Positions 47,916-57,726 of a DNA stretch of 64,000 nucleotides are shown piece by piece. The position numbers and the translations under genes are program-made. The notes under the pieces are model-generated. The model was given only the letters and a program-made list of their open reading frames with translations, was not told the DNA's origin and ran no database searches. Origin of the DNA: Thermoplasmatota archaeon (lineage in GTDB: Archaea > Thermoplasmatota > Penumbrarchaeia > Penumbrarchaeales > Penumbrarchaeaceae); the NCBI GenBank assembly GCA_029762535.1, contig JARVGK010000014.1, forward strand, positions 1-64,000. The letters are read 5' to 3'. Within the stretch, counting starts at the first letter, position 1; the number at the start of each line of letters is the position of its first letter.

Positions 47916-48506
47916 TCAGCGCGCATCGTCCTTCTTCTTCCTTTTGGAGGACGCCCCCATCTGTGACACCATGCCTGACACCGTCACGGCGATCAAGATA
48001 ACGACCCCTGCGAGGAAGGCGATCCCGTCGGCCATATGGCCGTGCATGAGCGTATAGGCACCCCATGCCGTCAGGTAGCCCCCGATAACCGAGGTGGCGA
48101 CCTTGATCATGGCCTTGTTGAAGATAATGAAAAGAGCAACTGCCGCCATGGCGAAGACGAGCGCGGTGACGAAGAGAGCGAGCCCCCCATCGAACAATTC
48201 CGAGCCGACCGCCATCCCCGCGGTCCAGGATATCACCGCGAAGGCGATCCCGAGCATGGTCACTGCGATCCTCACCGCCAGTATGGCACCGATGATGCAC
48301 CCTATGATGGCCAGCGCTATCGGGACCAACAGGGCGAATATGCCTCCCACCATCCCGCCGATCCAGATCCCGGCGATGAGGAAGCATGTCCCAAGGATGA
48401 GGGCACCGAAAACGGAGACCACTCCCTTGAACAGAACATATCCTCTGTATGCCAGCACAAGGCCCAGGACTATCAGGACGAGGGATACGACCGTTTCCGT
48501 CCACAT
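47916..48506 (-). CDS. Membrane protein, DUF4203/TMEM198-like
   Basis: GL.LAYRGY.LFK, ATSVIGG, G...Q at the end, about 7 TM helices. Confidence 0.75.
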   Translation of the reverse strand: MWTETVVSLVLIVLGLVLAYRGYVLFKGVVSVFGALILGTCFLIAGIWIGGMVGGIFALLVPIALAIIGCIIGAILAVRIAVTMLGIAFAVISWTAGMAVGSELFDGGLALFVTALVFAMAAVALFIIFNKAMIKVATSVIGGYLTAWGAYTLMHGHMADGIAFLAGVVILIAVTVSGMVSQMGASSKRKKKDDAR

Positions 48507-48533
48507 GGGTGCAGTAAGGCGCTACGGTTTATT

Positions 48534-51500
48534 TTATATTAACTCCAGGCCCCAAAGCCCCATGGCAGCGACGCCGAGCGCTGGTGTGTACTCGCCCCCG
48601 TTGACGTACCCGGAGACGCTCCATGAGCCGATGCGCTCCAGCCCGCCGTCGGTTATGGAGAACCCGATCAGGGTTCCATCTCCCTGGAGGAAGAGGCCGC
48701 CCTCCATCGGAGCGCTGTAATAGTAACCTTCAAGGGACAGCTTCCTGTAGCTTTCGGGGATCCCCTCCGAGAGCCGGATGATGGTCAGGGTCGTGGTCGG
48801 AACATAGGGTTCGTAGGCCTTCTCCTCCTCCGATGAGGCGCCGGATCCCTCCGAGGGTTCTGCCCGGTCCTCGTCATCGTCCTCCGGTGGCATCTCGCCG
48901 TCAACGGCTACGTCGTCCTCGTAGTAGTAGCCTCCTCTGTACCACCACCAGCCCCAGCCTTCCGTCATCACGATGACGTCGTCATCGGCGTATATCGGGT
49001 AGAGATAACCCGAAAGGGCCGATGAGTCGAGCAGCTTCGGACCGTCGTCCGTGAGCAGGATGGTGTTCAGGGAGAACCCGTTCTCTTTCTTTGCCTCGTC
49101 GTACCAGTATGAGGATGTATAGACGATGCTGAGGTTCGAGGAGGCCCCGACGAAGGATCCCCTGACCATGTGATCGGTCACATCTCCGCCTCTTATGAGC
49201 TTGAGGGCGGTGGCCTGGTGGTCCATGTACCCGTAGCGGTAGGGGACGTAGTTCCAGATGCTCGTTGTCAGCAGCATGGCATCCGCGGACCCCATGGCCT
49301 TCTCTATGTAGTGCCAGGAGGGGAACGTCTCCTCAGAGACGCTGGGTCCGGAGGGCGTCCATCTGACGATCCAGGCCTTGAGCCCCTCGTTCTCGTATGT
49401 CCAGTAATTGTAGGCATAGGCTATCACCGTGCCGTCGTTAAGGACGAGCCAGCTAACTGGATCGTAGTAGATGTCGATCGTGGTTGAATCGTCTGAGGGC
49501 GACGGTTCGGATCCGTTGGTGTCCGGCGGTGTCTCTCTGTCGTCGTACTTCTCCTCGGGCAGGTATCCGGGCATATGGATCGCATCGTTTATCCTTATCG
49601 AGGCGACGCCTGCCTTTTCTATGTCGTTTGGATCGCTCACGTCGAAGGCGTGGACCTCCCAGAATATGTCGTCGCCGGATGTCCTTATTCCTTTTATCAG
49701 GGCGAGGTCCCCTGCCATGCGGACCTCCTGGAACATGATCCCGTCCACGTATGTCTCCGACACCACAGCGTAGATGTCCTCCGGATCGACGACCCTGATA
49801 AGGGCCCTGTCGGCGCCCCATGTGGGGGAGACAGCGGCGACGATCTTTCCCTCCCGGACAATCGCATCGGTGTAGTATGATGCGAGGTCTATCACTGCGT
49901 CGATGGTGGGGGATTCCGTATCGGAGGTCCCGATCGATATCAGCTGGAGTTCGGACGTCGCCAGTATCGAATCTCCGCTCATCCTGGTCCTGGTGACCGG
50001 GGTGTCGGTCGGGACCGACGTGAGCCTCTTGAGGTTCCCGTTCTCGAGGTCCACCTGTACCATCTCTATCCTGTTATTGACGCTGTAGCCGTAACCGCCG
50101 GTGTAGGAGGTGTACGGGATGAGGACGAGGTCCTCTATCACGGAGAGGGCCTTGGGATCCCAGTTCGCAGGGGAGTAGGACCAGCCCTCGCCCATGATCA
50201 CCCTGTCCTCCATCACCGCGTTGTAGGGATCGGTGACGTCGAAGAGGGAGAGGGCGACCTGCCAGTAGCCGGAGGAGTCATCGACCCCTATGGCTATTAT
50301 CTTGTATCCTACGACCTCCATGTGCTCGACCCAGCCGGGCATCTCGAGAACGTCGCAGAGCTTGGGCGATGTCGGGTCGGAGAGGTCTATGGTGTAGAGA
50401 GGGTCCACTGCCCTTGGGAGGTGGATCGCATAGCCCCTGTCCCCCGAGAACCTCGTGGACATGAGGGTGCCCGCCTCGTCGATGTCGAGCGATCCGACGA
50501 CCTTCAGGTCGTCCGGGTCCTTCACCGATATGACGTAGAGGACGGATCCCCACAGTTCCTTTCCCCAGACCTGGGTGACCACCCTGAGATGCTCTCCGTA
50601 GTGGTCCATCTGGTACCTGTCGTTGAGCCATCCGGTGAGTACGATGGATCCCCTGATGGAGATCTTCCCGTCGGGGTCCGATATGTCAACGTGGGTGATG
50701 CGCGTCCTGGCCTCGTCCATCCCCCACTCGTACCTCGAGAAGAAGATGGCCGTCTGGCTGACGTGAATGTTCGAGGAGGTGCCGGAGAAGGTCGATCGGT
50801 CCACCTCTCCTATCTTTTCCGGGTCCGAGAAGGATATGGAGACCACCTCGGTCTCGTCCGTGTTCTGTCCGGATCCGGGATCGTCCCCGCTGGAGGAGAC
50901 AACCGCCGAGGAGACCACCGTATCGTCCTCCCTCTCGGCGACGGCGATCGTATCGTATCCATAATAGTATGATGGATACATGTTCGATACGAGGTATATG
51001 ACCTCGCCGACCCTTCTTGAGTCCAGGGGATAGCCGGACAGGGGCACCGTCTTGACGATGCCGGGTGCGGAGGGATCGAGTATGCTGATTATGTGCAGTG
51101 CCCCGCCCGAGTTCATCTGGTCGTATGTCATCATGGGGGTGCCCACGATGACGAAGGCGAGGAAATCGACGATGTACATGCTCACGGGGGATCCCCGCAT
51201 CTGCAATCTGCCCTCTATCTCGGGGTCTGCAGGATCGGAGATGTCCACGATGATGAGCCCCATGTACGGGTTCAGTATGTATAGCCTGTCGTCGAGTATC
51301 TTGATTATATCGGATTCCTCGAGCTCTCTCTCCTCGTTCCCGGACCTGTCCTCGCTCATGTCGTCTCCCTGGTCCTTCTCCGCTCCGGTCTGTTCGCCCG
51401 CCCCCAGGGCGGGAGTGCCGTCGCCGGAATCGGAGTAGGTGACGTTGTCCCCGTCGATGATCGGGTCTGTGTCTATTTGGACCTTGTCCATGGGTCGGGA

Positions 51501-51773
51501 GGGATCCCAGGTGATCTTGACGTCCTTGGAGTTGTCGGTCTTTTGGGGTGAGTTGGCTTTGAGGTACTGGACCCATCTATCCTTGGACTCCTGTGTGAGG
51601 GATCCGTCCCCGGTCATTGCCGAGATGTCGTCCTCGGGCTCGCCGGGCGAGTCCAACGCCGCGTATATGATGAGCGCAGCAACGGGGGCGATAATCAGCA
51701 TCACCCCGACAATGATCTTGAGGGCCGCGGATACGGTCCTCTTTCCGTTATCTTCATTGTTCGTGTATGCCAT
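48534..51773 (-). CDS. Membrane-anchored Beta_propel-family (secreted beta-propeller) protein
   Basis: EESDIIK, QMDHYG..LRVVT, STRFSGDRGY, VDPLYTIDLSDP..P, EMPGW. N-terminal TM. Start reassigned to 51773. Confidence 0.85.
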   Translation of the reverse strand: MAYTNNEDNGKRTVSAALKIIVGVMLIIAPVAALIIYAALDSPGEPEDDISAMTGDGSLTQESKDRWVQYLKANSPQKTDNSKDVKITWDPSRPMDKVQIDTDPIIDGDNVTYSDSGDGTPALGAGEQTGAEKDQGDDMSEDRSGNEERELEESDIIKILDDRLYILNPYMGLIIVDISDPADPEIEGRLQMRGSPVSMYIVDFLAFVIVGTPMMTYDQMNSGGALHIISILDPSAPGIVKTVPLSGYPLDSRRVGEVIYLVSNMYPSYYYGYDTIAVAEREDDTVVSSAVVSSSGDDPGSGQNTDETEVVSISFSDPEKIGEVDRSTFSGTSSNIHVSQTAIFFSRYEWGMDEARTRITHVDISDPDGKISIRGSIVLTGWLNDRYQMDHYGEHLRVVTQVWGKELWGSVLYVISVKDPDDLKVVGSLDIDEAGTLMSTRFSGDRGYAIHLPRAVDPLYTIDLSDPTSPKLCDVLEMPGWVEHMEVVGYKIIAIGVDDSSGYWQVALSLFDVTDPYNAVMEDRVIMGEGWSYSPANWDPKALSVIEDLVLIPYTSYTGGYGYSVNNRIEMVQVDLENGNLKRLTSVPTDTPVTRTRMSGDSILATSELQLISIGTSDTESPTIDAVIDLASYYTDAIVREGKIVAAVSPTWGADRALIRVVDPEDIYAVVSETYVDGIMFQEVRMAGDLALIKGIRTSGDDIFWEVHAFDVSDPNDIEKAGVASIRINDAIHMPGYLPEEKYDDRETPPDTNGSEPSPSDDSTTIDIYYDPVSWLVLNDGTVIAYAYNYWTYENEGLKAWIVRWTPSGPSVSEETFPSWHYIEKAMGSADAMLLTTSIWNYVPYRYGYMDHQATALKLIRGGDVTDHMVRGSFVGASSNLSIVYTSSYWYDEAKKENGFSLNTILLTDDGPKLLDSSALSGYLYPIYADDDVIVMTEGWGWWWYRGGYYYEDDVAVDGEMPPEDDDEDRAEPSEGSGASSEEEKAYEPYVPTTTLTIIRLSEGIPESYRKLSLEGYYYSAPMEGGLFLQGDGTLIGFSITDGGLERIGSWSVSGYVNGGEYTPALGVAAMGLWGLELI

Positions 51774-51941
51774 TTTCTGCCCACCTTTGGTATATTGTAT
51801 GGTTTCCCCTTCCGAGACTATATACTTTACGGTAGGACCGTAGAAAACCCCAGTGTGGGGATCCGCCATTTAGCATCCATGCCGGGAAACACCCCTTGAG
51901 AAAGAGATAAGGTATATATCCATCAAGTCGATAGACGCTCC

Positions 51942-53534
51942 ATGGAGCGGTCGGGACATAAAGATGGATCCCCATTACAAGAGGGTATCCTCTCCCGCCT
52001 TCGGGACAGGGAGTTCCTGGTCCGCATAATACTCCCCGCGCTTCTGATCCTCGCCATAGCGGCGATCCCCCGCCTCTTCCTGCCGGGGAACACCTTCCTT
52101 CCGAACGGCATAGACGAGGGCATTGACATGATGTCAGGCAGGATGGTCTCGGCCGGATACGAGATATACTCCGAGGTGAACACCGTCCAGGCCCCCGTCA
52201 TGATAACCCTCTACGGCCTCCTTCATCTGCCCCCTGTTCTCTACAGGGTCCTATCTGCCCTCGCCTCCCTTGCCGTGATCGCTTTCGTCATGTTCGCGTC
52301 CTACCGCGTCGGCGGCCGCAACGGCATGATAGCCGGAGGTGCCTTCGCCTCGCTGGACGCCCTTTTCATGCAGCAGTCCAGGCTGGCCTCGCTCGACATA
52401 TTCACGCTGTTCTTCCTCTGTGCCGGTCTGACCCTTTTCCTCATCTACAGGGACAAGGGTAAGCGCACGCTGCTCGCCGCATCCGGCGTCCTCTTCGCCC
52501 TCTCGATCATGACCAAGCTATTCGGCGTGATAGCCGCAGCGGCCATCATCGGCGTCATGTGCGCCGAACTCATCTCGACCCGGGGTCCTCTTCGATCCGC
52601 GCGCCTTGAGAGATTGCTTCCGGGCGGGAGCAGGTCCAGTAACATGTTCGCCGACATAGCGGTCTTCTCCGCCGCGATCGCAGGCACCACGCTTCTCATC
52701 ATGACCCTATTCGGGTTCACAAACGTGGTCCAGGGGATATTCCTCAACCAGCTGCACCGCCCCAGCGACCCATTCCTGACAAAACTGGCATATCTGGGCG
52801 TCTTCGCCCTCTGCAACATCGTCGCCGTCCCCTTCTTCCTCTTCGGGATCCCATCGCTCTACCGAAGGAAGGAGGGCATCCTGGTCCTCGTCGGCGCGTC
52901 GTATCTCCTATTCCTCATGGTCCAGGGAAAGACCTGGATACACCATTTCGTGTTCGTATCACCATTCCTTTCGATCAGCGCGGGCATAGGCCTCTCCGTC
53001 GTCATGAAGGGACTGCGCTCCATCAGGATCAGTTCCCCCACCGTATCGATCAGGTCCGCCCTCGCCCTCATGCTCATACTCTCGGCCTTCCTCGGCGGGT
53101 CCATGGCCGTGGTGGTCAGGTATGAAGGCCACCCCATGGACATGAACGACTCCGAGATCGTCTCAAGGCTGTCCGGGGAGAACGATTTTGTCATAAGCGG
53201 GGATCCGATGACGGCGCTCCTGGCCGAACGACCGACCCCTCCCAATATAGTGAACCTCGCCTACGTCCAGTACCCGCTGATAACGGACGATCTCCTCAAC
53301 GAGACCGCGATAGATTACGGCGTCACCGTCGTGGTCATCACCTACAGGCTTCTGCAGATGGAGGGTTTCATGGATTTCGTGGAAGGGAACTACACCCTTC
53401 GTGCGACCTTGACGCTCGATAGCCTCACCCTATCAGACGAATACGAGATCAGATACATATACGCCCTTCCCGAGGACGCCCCTCTGAGATATCATCCCCG
53501 GTGGGGATCGGCCCTCTCCGAGGCCTTCGCCTGA
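51942..53534 (+). CDS. GT-C fold glycosyltransferase (ArnT/PMT family)
   Basis: First-loop IDEG motif, Q.P, SRLASLD, TKL, many TM helices. Confidence 0.82.
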   Translation: MERSGHKDGSPLQEGILSRLRDREFLVRIILPALLILAIAAIPRLFLPGNTFLPNGIDEGIDMMSGRMVSAGYEIYSEVNTVQAPVMITLYGLLHLPPVLYRVLSALASLAVIAFVMFASYRVGGRNGMIAGGAFASLDALFMQQSRLASLDIFTLFFLCAGLTLFLIYRDKGKRTLLAASGVLFALSIMTKLFGVIAAAAIIGVMCAELISTRGPLRSARLERLLPGGSRSSNMFADIAVFSAAIAGTTLLIMTLFGFTNVVQGIFLNQLHRPSDPFLTKLAYLGVFALCNIVAVPFFLFGIPSLYRRKEGILVLVGASYLLFLMVQGKTWIHHFVFVSPFLSISAGIGLSVVMKGLRSIRISSPTVSIRSALALMLILSAFLGGSMAVVVRYEGHPMDMNDSEIVSRLSGENDFVISGDPMTALLAERPTPPNIVNLAYVQYPLITDDLLNETAIDYGVTVVVITYRLLQMEGFMDFVEGNYTLRATLTLDSLTLSDEYEIRYIYALPEDAPLRYHPRWGSALSEAFA

Positions 53535-53938
53535 TATCGGGCCATCACGAGCCTACCCTGCTTCACACCCTTAAGAGATAGTATCCTGTCCGAGAGCCCA
53601 TTGACGTCCCTGACCGCCCCCCTGAGAATGATGACCTCAAGGCAGGTGTGGTGATCGACGTGGACATGGGTCGTGTAGACGATCATATCCGAGTGGTCGT
53701 GCTGCAGGTTCATGAGCTTCTGGGTCAGCTCCCCGATATGATGGTCGTAGACCATCGTCAGGGACCCTGTGACCTGGAGCCCCGGATCGCCCTGGATCTC
53801 ATGCTCGAGTATCGCTCTCCTGGCGAGGTCCATCAGCGCCTCCGAGCGGGACCCGTAACCCTTCTCCTTGAGGACCCTGTCGAAGTCCCCTAGAAGCTCG
53901 CTGTCGAAGGATACTCCGAACCTGCTAATCCGCTCCAT
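53492..53938 (-). CDS. nikR: Nickel-responsive regulator NikR
   Basis: RFGVS....LL..FD, GY.SRSEA, YDHH, QH, HVHVDHHTCLEV. Confidence 0.95.
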   Translation of the reverse strand: MERISRFGVSFDSELLGDFDRVLKEKGYGSRSEALMDLARRAILEHEIQGDPGLQVTGSLTMVYDHHIGELTQKLMNLQHDHSDMIVYTTHVHVDHHTCLEVIILRGAVRDVNGLSDRILSLKGVKQGRLVMARYQAKASERADPHRG

Positions 53939-54014
53939 GATCGTCCCGAGCGGCTAGGGCTCGCCGGATATATATATATGAGTCATGCCTAAAGGTGGCC
54001 CGGAGAAATAACCG

Positions 54015-55124
54015 ATGGCAGGCAGGGCGGGGTTCGCTGAGCTCAAGGAGAAGGTTATCGACGAGCGCCTGTGCACCAGATGCGGCGGATGCGCCGCCTC
54101 ATGCCCCGTGGGATGCCTCGATATGGGACCCGACGGTGTGGAACTCGTCGGAGAATGTATCGAGTGCGGTATTTGTTCCAGGATATGCCCCGGCTCCGAT
54201 GTGGACATATCCGCCCACGAGAGAAGGCTGTTCGGGAGAAAGCATCGACCATTGGAAGCCATACAGGGCATCCGCCTGGACAGGGAATGCCTGGTCGCCT
54301 CTGATAAGGTGATCTTCAAGCGGGGTTATTTCGGGGGCAGGGTGTCGGCCCTTCTCATCCATCTACTCGACTCGGGCGAGATGGACGCAGCGCTGCTCAC
54401 CGATTTCAGCCGGAAGGACGGCGTCCTCTCTACGGGATCCGCCGCGATAGCGAGGAGCAGGGAGGATGTCCTCTCGTGCGCGGGATCCAAGAACCTGTTC
54501 AGCCCTGTGCTGATGCTCCTTCGCAGCGTAAGCGAGGACCCATCCATAAACTCCGCCGCCCTGGTCTGCCTCCCATGCCAGGCCCATGCCTTCAGGAACA
54601 TGGAGACGGACCTTTCGACCCGTCATCTAACGGCCAAGGTCCGGCTCGTTGTGGGCCTCAACTGCGGCGCCCCCAACGTCGATGAGAGAGGATGGCATCA
54701 GGTCATCGGATCCCTCATGGGAATGCCGACCGATGACATATCGAGCATTGACATCCGGCGGATCAAAGGGGGAAAGCTGAGGATGGAGGCGGTCTCCTTT
54801 TCGGGGGACAAAAAGAGAAGGGAGATGACCTTCGCCAGATACTCTCTAAAAACCCTCTCGCAGGGTGTATGGCCCAGATGTCTGGTGTGCGCCGATTACT
54901 CGTGCTATCTCTCCGATATCACCTTCGGCGCCCCGATCGTGAGGACTGAGGCGGGGCGTAAGGCCCTTCGTTCAGCAAAGAGAGCGGGTGTTCTGAAACG
55001 CTCATCCTTGAAGCGCAGGGCCGCCCAGAGGGCCATAGACCTGTACGCTGGCCACAGGAAGGTCATGGGTTCCAGGGTCCGGATGCTCTTCAGGAGAAAG
55101 GGGCAGCGCGTTCGATATCGATGA
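54015..55124 (+). CDS. Coenzyme F420 hydrogenase/dehydrogenase beta-subunit (FrhB/FdhB) family protein with ferredoxin domain
   Basis: CTRCGGCAASCP, CIECGICSRICP, GG.VSALL, LPCQ, VGLNC, CLVCAD...DITFG. Confidence 0.85.
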   Translation: MAGRAGFAELKEKVIDERLCTRCGGCAASCPVGCLDMGPDGVELVGECIECGICSRICPGSDVDISAHERRLFGRKHRPLEAIQGIRLDRECLVASDKVIFKRGYFGGRVSALLIHLLDSGEMDAALLTDFSRKDGVLSTGSAAIARSREDVLSCAGSKNLFSPVLMLLRSVSEDPSINSAALVCLPCQAHAFRNMETDLSTRHLTAKVRLVVGLNCGAPNVDERGWHQVIGSLMGMPTDDISSIDIRRIKGGKLRMEAVSFSGDKKRREMTFARYSLKTLSQGVWPRCLVCADYSCYLSDITFGAPIVRTEAGRKALRSAKRAGVLKRSSLKRRAAQRAIDLYAGHRKVMGSRVRMLFRRKGQRVRYR

Positions 55125-55134
55125 AAAATATAAT

Positions 55135-55965
55135 TTGGCAAGGCGCCTTACACCCTGCATGCCCTTCCTGGGAATACCCCCGTCCCGGCTCGACCTGCGT
55201 TATGCAAAGGGGAATGTGGAGGTGGGATGCGTCCGCTCCTCCGCGGGAGTGTCCACCTCCATCATCGTTCGGGAGGGCGGAAGCTCCGCCCTGCTCGACT
55301 GCGGGGACGGCCTTCTGATCGACCTCGTTGACATTGCCAGGGCCGCTGCCCCTGAGGGTCTCGGCGACGACGTGAGAACGGCGATGACCGGGTTCATGGA
55401 GGGAATCGACGTCATCCTCCTCAGCCATCATCATTTCGACCACATAGGTGGCCTGCTTTCACTGCTGTGCTTCCTAGATATGTTGCGGCGCAGGTCCACT
55501 CTGACCATTTTGTATCCGAAAGGGTCCGACCAGGTCCCGAGGCAGATCGAATCCTTCCGGTCCTCGCTCGGAAGGTCCCCGTCCTTCCGGATCCAGGAGC
55601 ATGCCGTATCCAAGGATGGTTCGATGTCGGTGAACGGATGGGATATCGAATGGACAGCGGCCCACCACTGCGAGGTGGACACTGAGGGCCGCGTGGGACG
55701 GGAGATCCCGGCCATGTCCTACCGAATTGAGCGCTCCGGGGCAAGTGTCTTCTATTCGGGGGATACGGGATACGAAGATAGGCTGCGCCTTTTCGCCGCC
55801 GGGAGCGATCTGGGCATAGCGGAGGGGACCTATCCCTCCGGGATGCCGGGGAACGAGGCCCATATGAGCGTGGACGAGGCGAAGAGGATGCTGTCATCCT
55901 GCGCCGATCTCTGGATCGTGCACAGGACCGGAGCGTCACATGCCTCGTTCTCCCGATCCGCATGA
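55135..55965 (+). CDS. Metallo-beta-lactamase fold hydrolase (RNase Z/BN-like)
   Basis: LLDCGDG, SHHHFDHIGG, YSGDT, EGTY, HMS. Start uncertain. Confidence 0.85.
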   Translation: MARRLTPCMPFLGIPPSRLDLRYAKGNVEVGCVRSSAGVSTSIIVREGGSSALLDCGDGLLIDLVDIARAAAPEGLGDDVRTAMTGFMEGIDVILLSHHHFDHIGGLLSLLCFLDMLRRRSTLTILYPKGSDQVPRQIESFRSSLGRSPSFRIQEHAVSKDGSMSVNGWDIEWTAAHHCEVDTEGRVGREIPAMSYRIERSGASVFYSGDTGYEDRLRLFAAGSDLGIAEGTYPSGMPGNEAHMSVDEAKRMLSSCADLWIVHRTGASHASFSRSA

Positions 55966-56025
55966 AGCGTCCAGCCAGCATACTCTCCGAAAGTGATATA
56001 AAATCAAGGCCCGATATGGTGCCCT

Positions 56026-57726
56026 ATGGGAGCTATCGATACCGGCAGCGGGGCCATCAGGTTCGGTATCGGAATGTTCCTCGTTCTGGTGATATCATTT
56101 CCCTTCCTGTCCGCCTCGGATACGGCCAAAGCTCCAGGGCCTTCGGAGTTCGCCTCCCCTTCATCCTTCGAATCCAATTACACCTCGTACATGGACTTCC
56201 CGGCCATGGAATCCTACCTCGTATCGCTGACGGAGAGATATCCCGATATCAGCAGATTGATCTCGCTGGGTGAGACCCATGAGGGCAGGGACATATGGTG
56301 CGTCAAGGTCTCGGACAACGTCATGCAGGACGACGACGGAGGGGCCGAGTACGAGCCGGACATCCTCCTTGTGGGGGCCCATCACGGCAACGAGTGGATA
56401 TCGTACGAGGTCCCGCTCTACGTCCTCGCCTACCTCCTCGAGAACTACTACGGCGACGACTGCAACGCATCCAAGGCGAAGAACATCGTCGACCATCACG
56501 AGCTGTTCATCGTCCCGATGCTCAACCCGGACGGCACCCAGTACTCTCATGATACGGGCGACATGTGGCGAAAGAACAGGGAGCCCAATTACATATCGGA
56601 GTTCATGCCCTTCGACGCCCCCACGCCCAAGCTCGTCGCGCAATCCTACGGAGTGGACCTGAACAGGAACTACGGGTGGATGTGGCATCTGGCAGGGGGA
56701 TCGAACGCCCTCAACCACCGCGGAGGTTCCTACAGAGGGCCTCCGGACAACCGGGACGACGACGGCGATGCGAGGATCCCCGTGAACTGGAGGCCTGGCC
56801 ACTACCCGCTCGGCCCGGAGGACGGTGTTGACGAGGATCCCTGGGACGGGATCGACAACGACGGGGACGGCCTCATCGACGAGGACCCTGCCGGAGGTTT
56901 TTCGTCGCTCGAGACCATCGCCATGAAGAACCTCGGGGACACCAGGGAATTCCCCGTTCTCATAACTTATCATTCATACTCCGAGCTGGTGCTTTGGCCC
57001 TGGGGTTGGACCGATGAGCCCGCCCCCGACGCCCCATTGATGTCCCAATTGGGCGGCAGGCTCGCCGATCTCAACGGCTATATGCCGATGCAGGGTTACG
57101 ACCTGTACATGACGACCGGCGAGATGACGGATTGGTTCTACGCGATGTACGGAACTCTGGGATACACATTCGAGGTGGGCCGGACGTTTCGGCCAGCCGA
57201 GGACCTGATTATAGAGGAATGCAGGAAGAACCTCGAGGCCACGTTATTCCTTTGCCGTGCCGGATCGAACCCATACATGAGCTACGTTCGATTCGACGAC
57301 AACTCATCGTCGCTGAGCGTGAGCGGATCCCGTTTCAAGTTCGATCTTTCGTATATGGACGAGGGATATCCATATGGATGGGACGGAAACGGATGCGAGC
57401 TCAGGTACATGCTTCCCGACGGCAGGTGGGACAGCTCTCCCTTGATAGAGAACGATGACGGTACCTGGAGCGCCTCGGTGGACATTCGCAGGATCGGGGG
57501 GGACGCCCCCTTCTACTACAGGATGCTGGACGTCGAGGGCGGCGAGGTGACCTATCCGGTATACGCCCCCGAGATGCATCTCAGCCTCGGTTCGACCGGG
57601 TCCGACGCGTGGGGGCTGCAGTTCGGCCTGGGTACGCTGATGGTGATGATCTTCACCCTTGGGACGATATGGGGCGGTTTCGGGGGCGGTATATTCAAGT
57701 CGATGAGGGCAGAGAGGAAGGGGTGA
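56026..57726 (+). CDS. Membrane-anchored M14 zinc carboxypeptidase
   Basis: HHGNEW, NPDG, RKNR, GVDLNRNY, YHSYSELVLWPWG, FEVG. Signal peptide and C-terminal TM. Confidence 0.93.
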   Translation: MGAIDTGSGAIRFGIGMFLVLVISFPFLSASDTAKAPGPSEFASPSSFESNYTSYMDFPAMESYLVSLTERYPDISRLISLGETHEGRDIWCVKVSDNVMQDDDGGAEYEPDILLVGAHHGNEWISYEVPLYVLAYLLENYYGDDCNASKAKNIVDHHELFIVPMLNPDGTQYSHDTGDMWRKNREPNYISEFMPFDAPTPKLVAQSYGVDLNRNYGWMWHLAGGSNALNHRGGSYRGPPDNRDDDGDARIPVNWRPGHYPLGPEDGVDEDPWDGIDNDGDGLIDEDPAGGFSSLETIAMKNLGDTREFPVLITYHSYSELVLWPWGWTDEPAPDAPLMSQLGGRLADLNGYMPMQGYDLYMTTGEMTDWFYAMYGTLGYTFEVGRTFRPAEDLIIEECRKNLEATLFLCRAGSNPYMSYVRFDDNSSSLSVSGSRFKFDLSYMDEGYPYGWDGNGCELRYMLPDGRWDSSPLIENDDGTWSASVDIRRIGGDAPFYYRMLDVEGGEVTYPVYAPEMHLSLGSTGSDAWGLQFGLGTLMVMIFTLGTIWGGFGGGIFKSMRAERKG

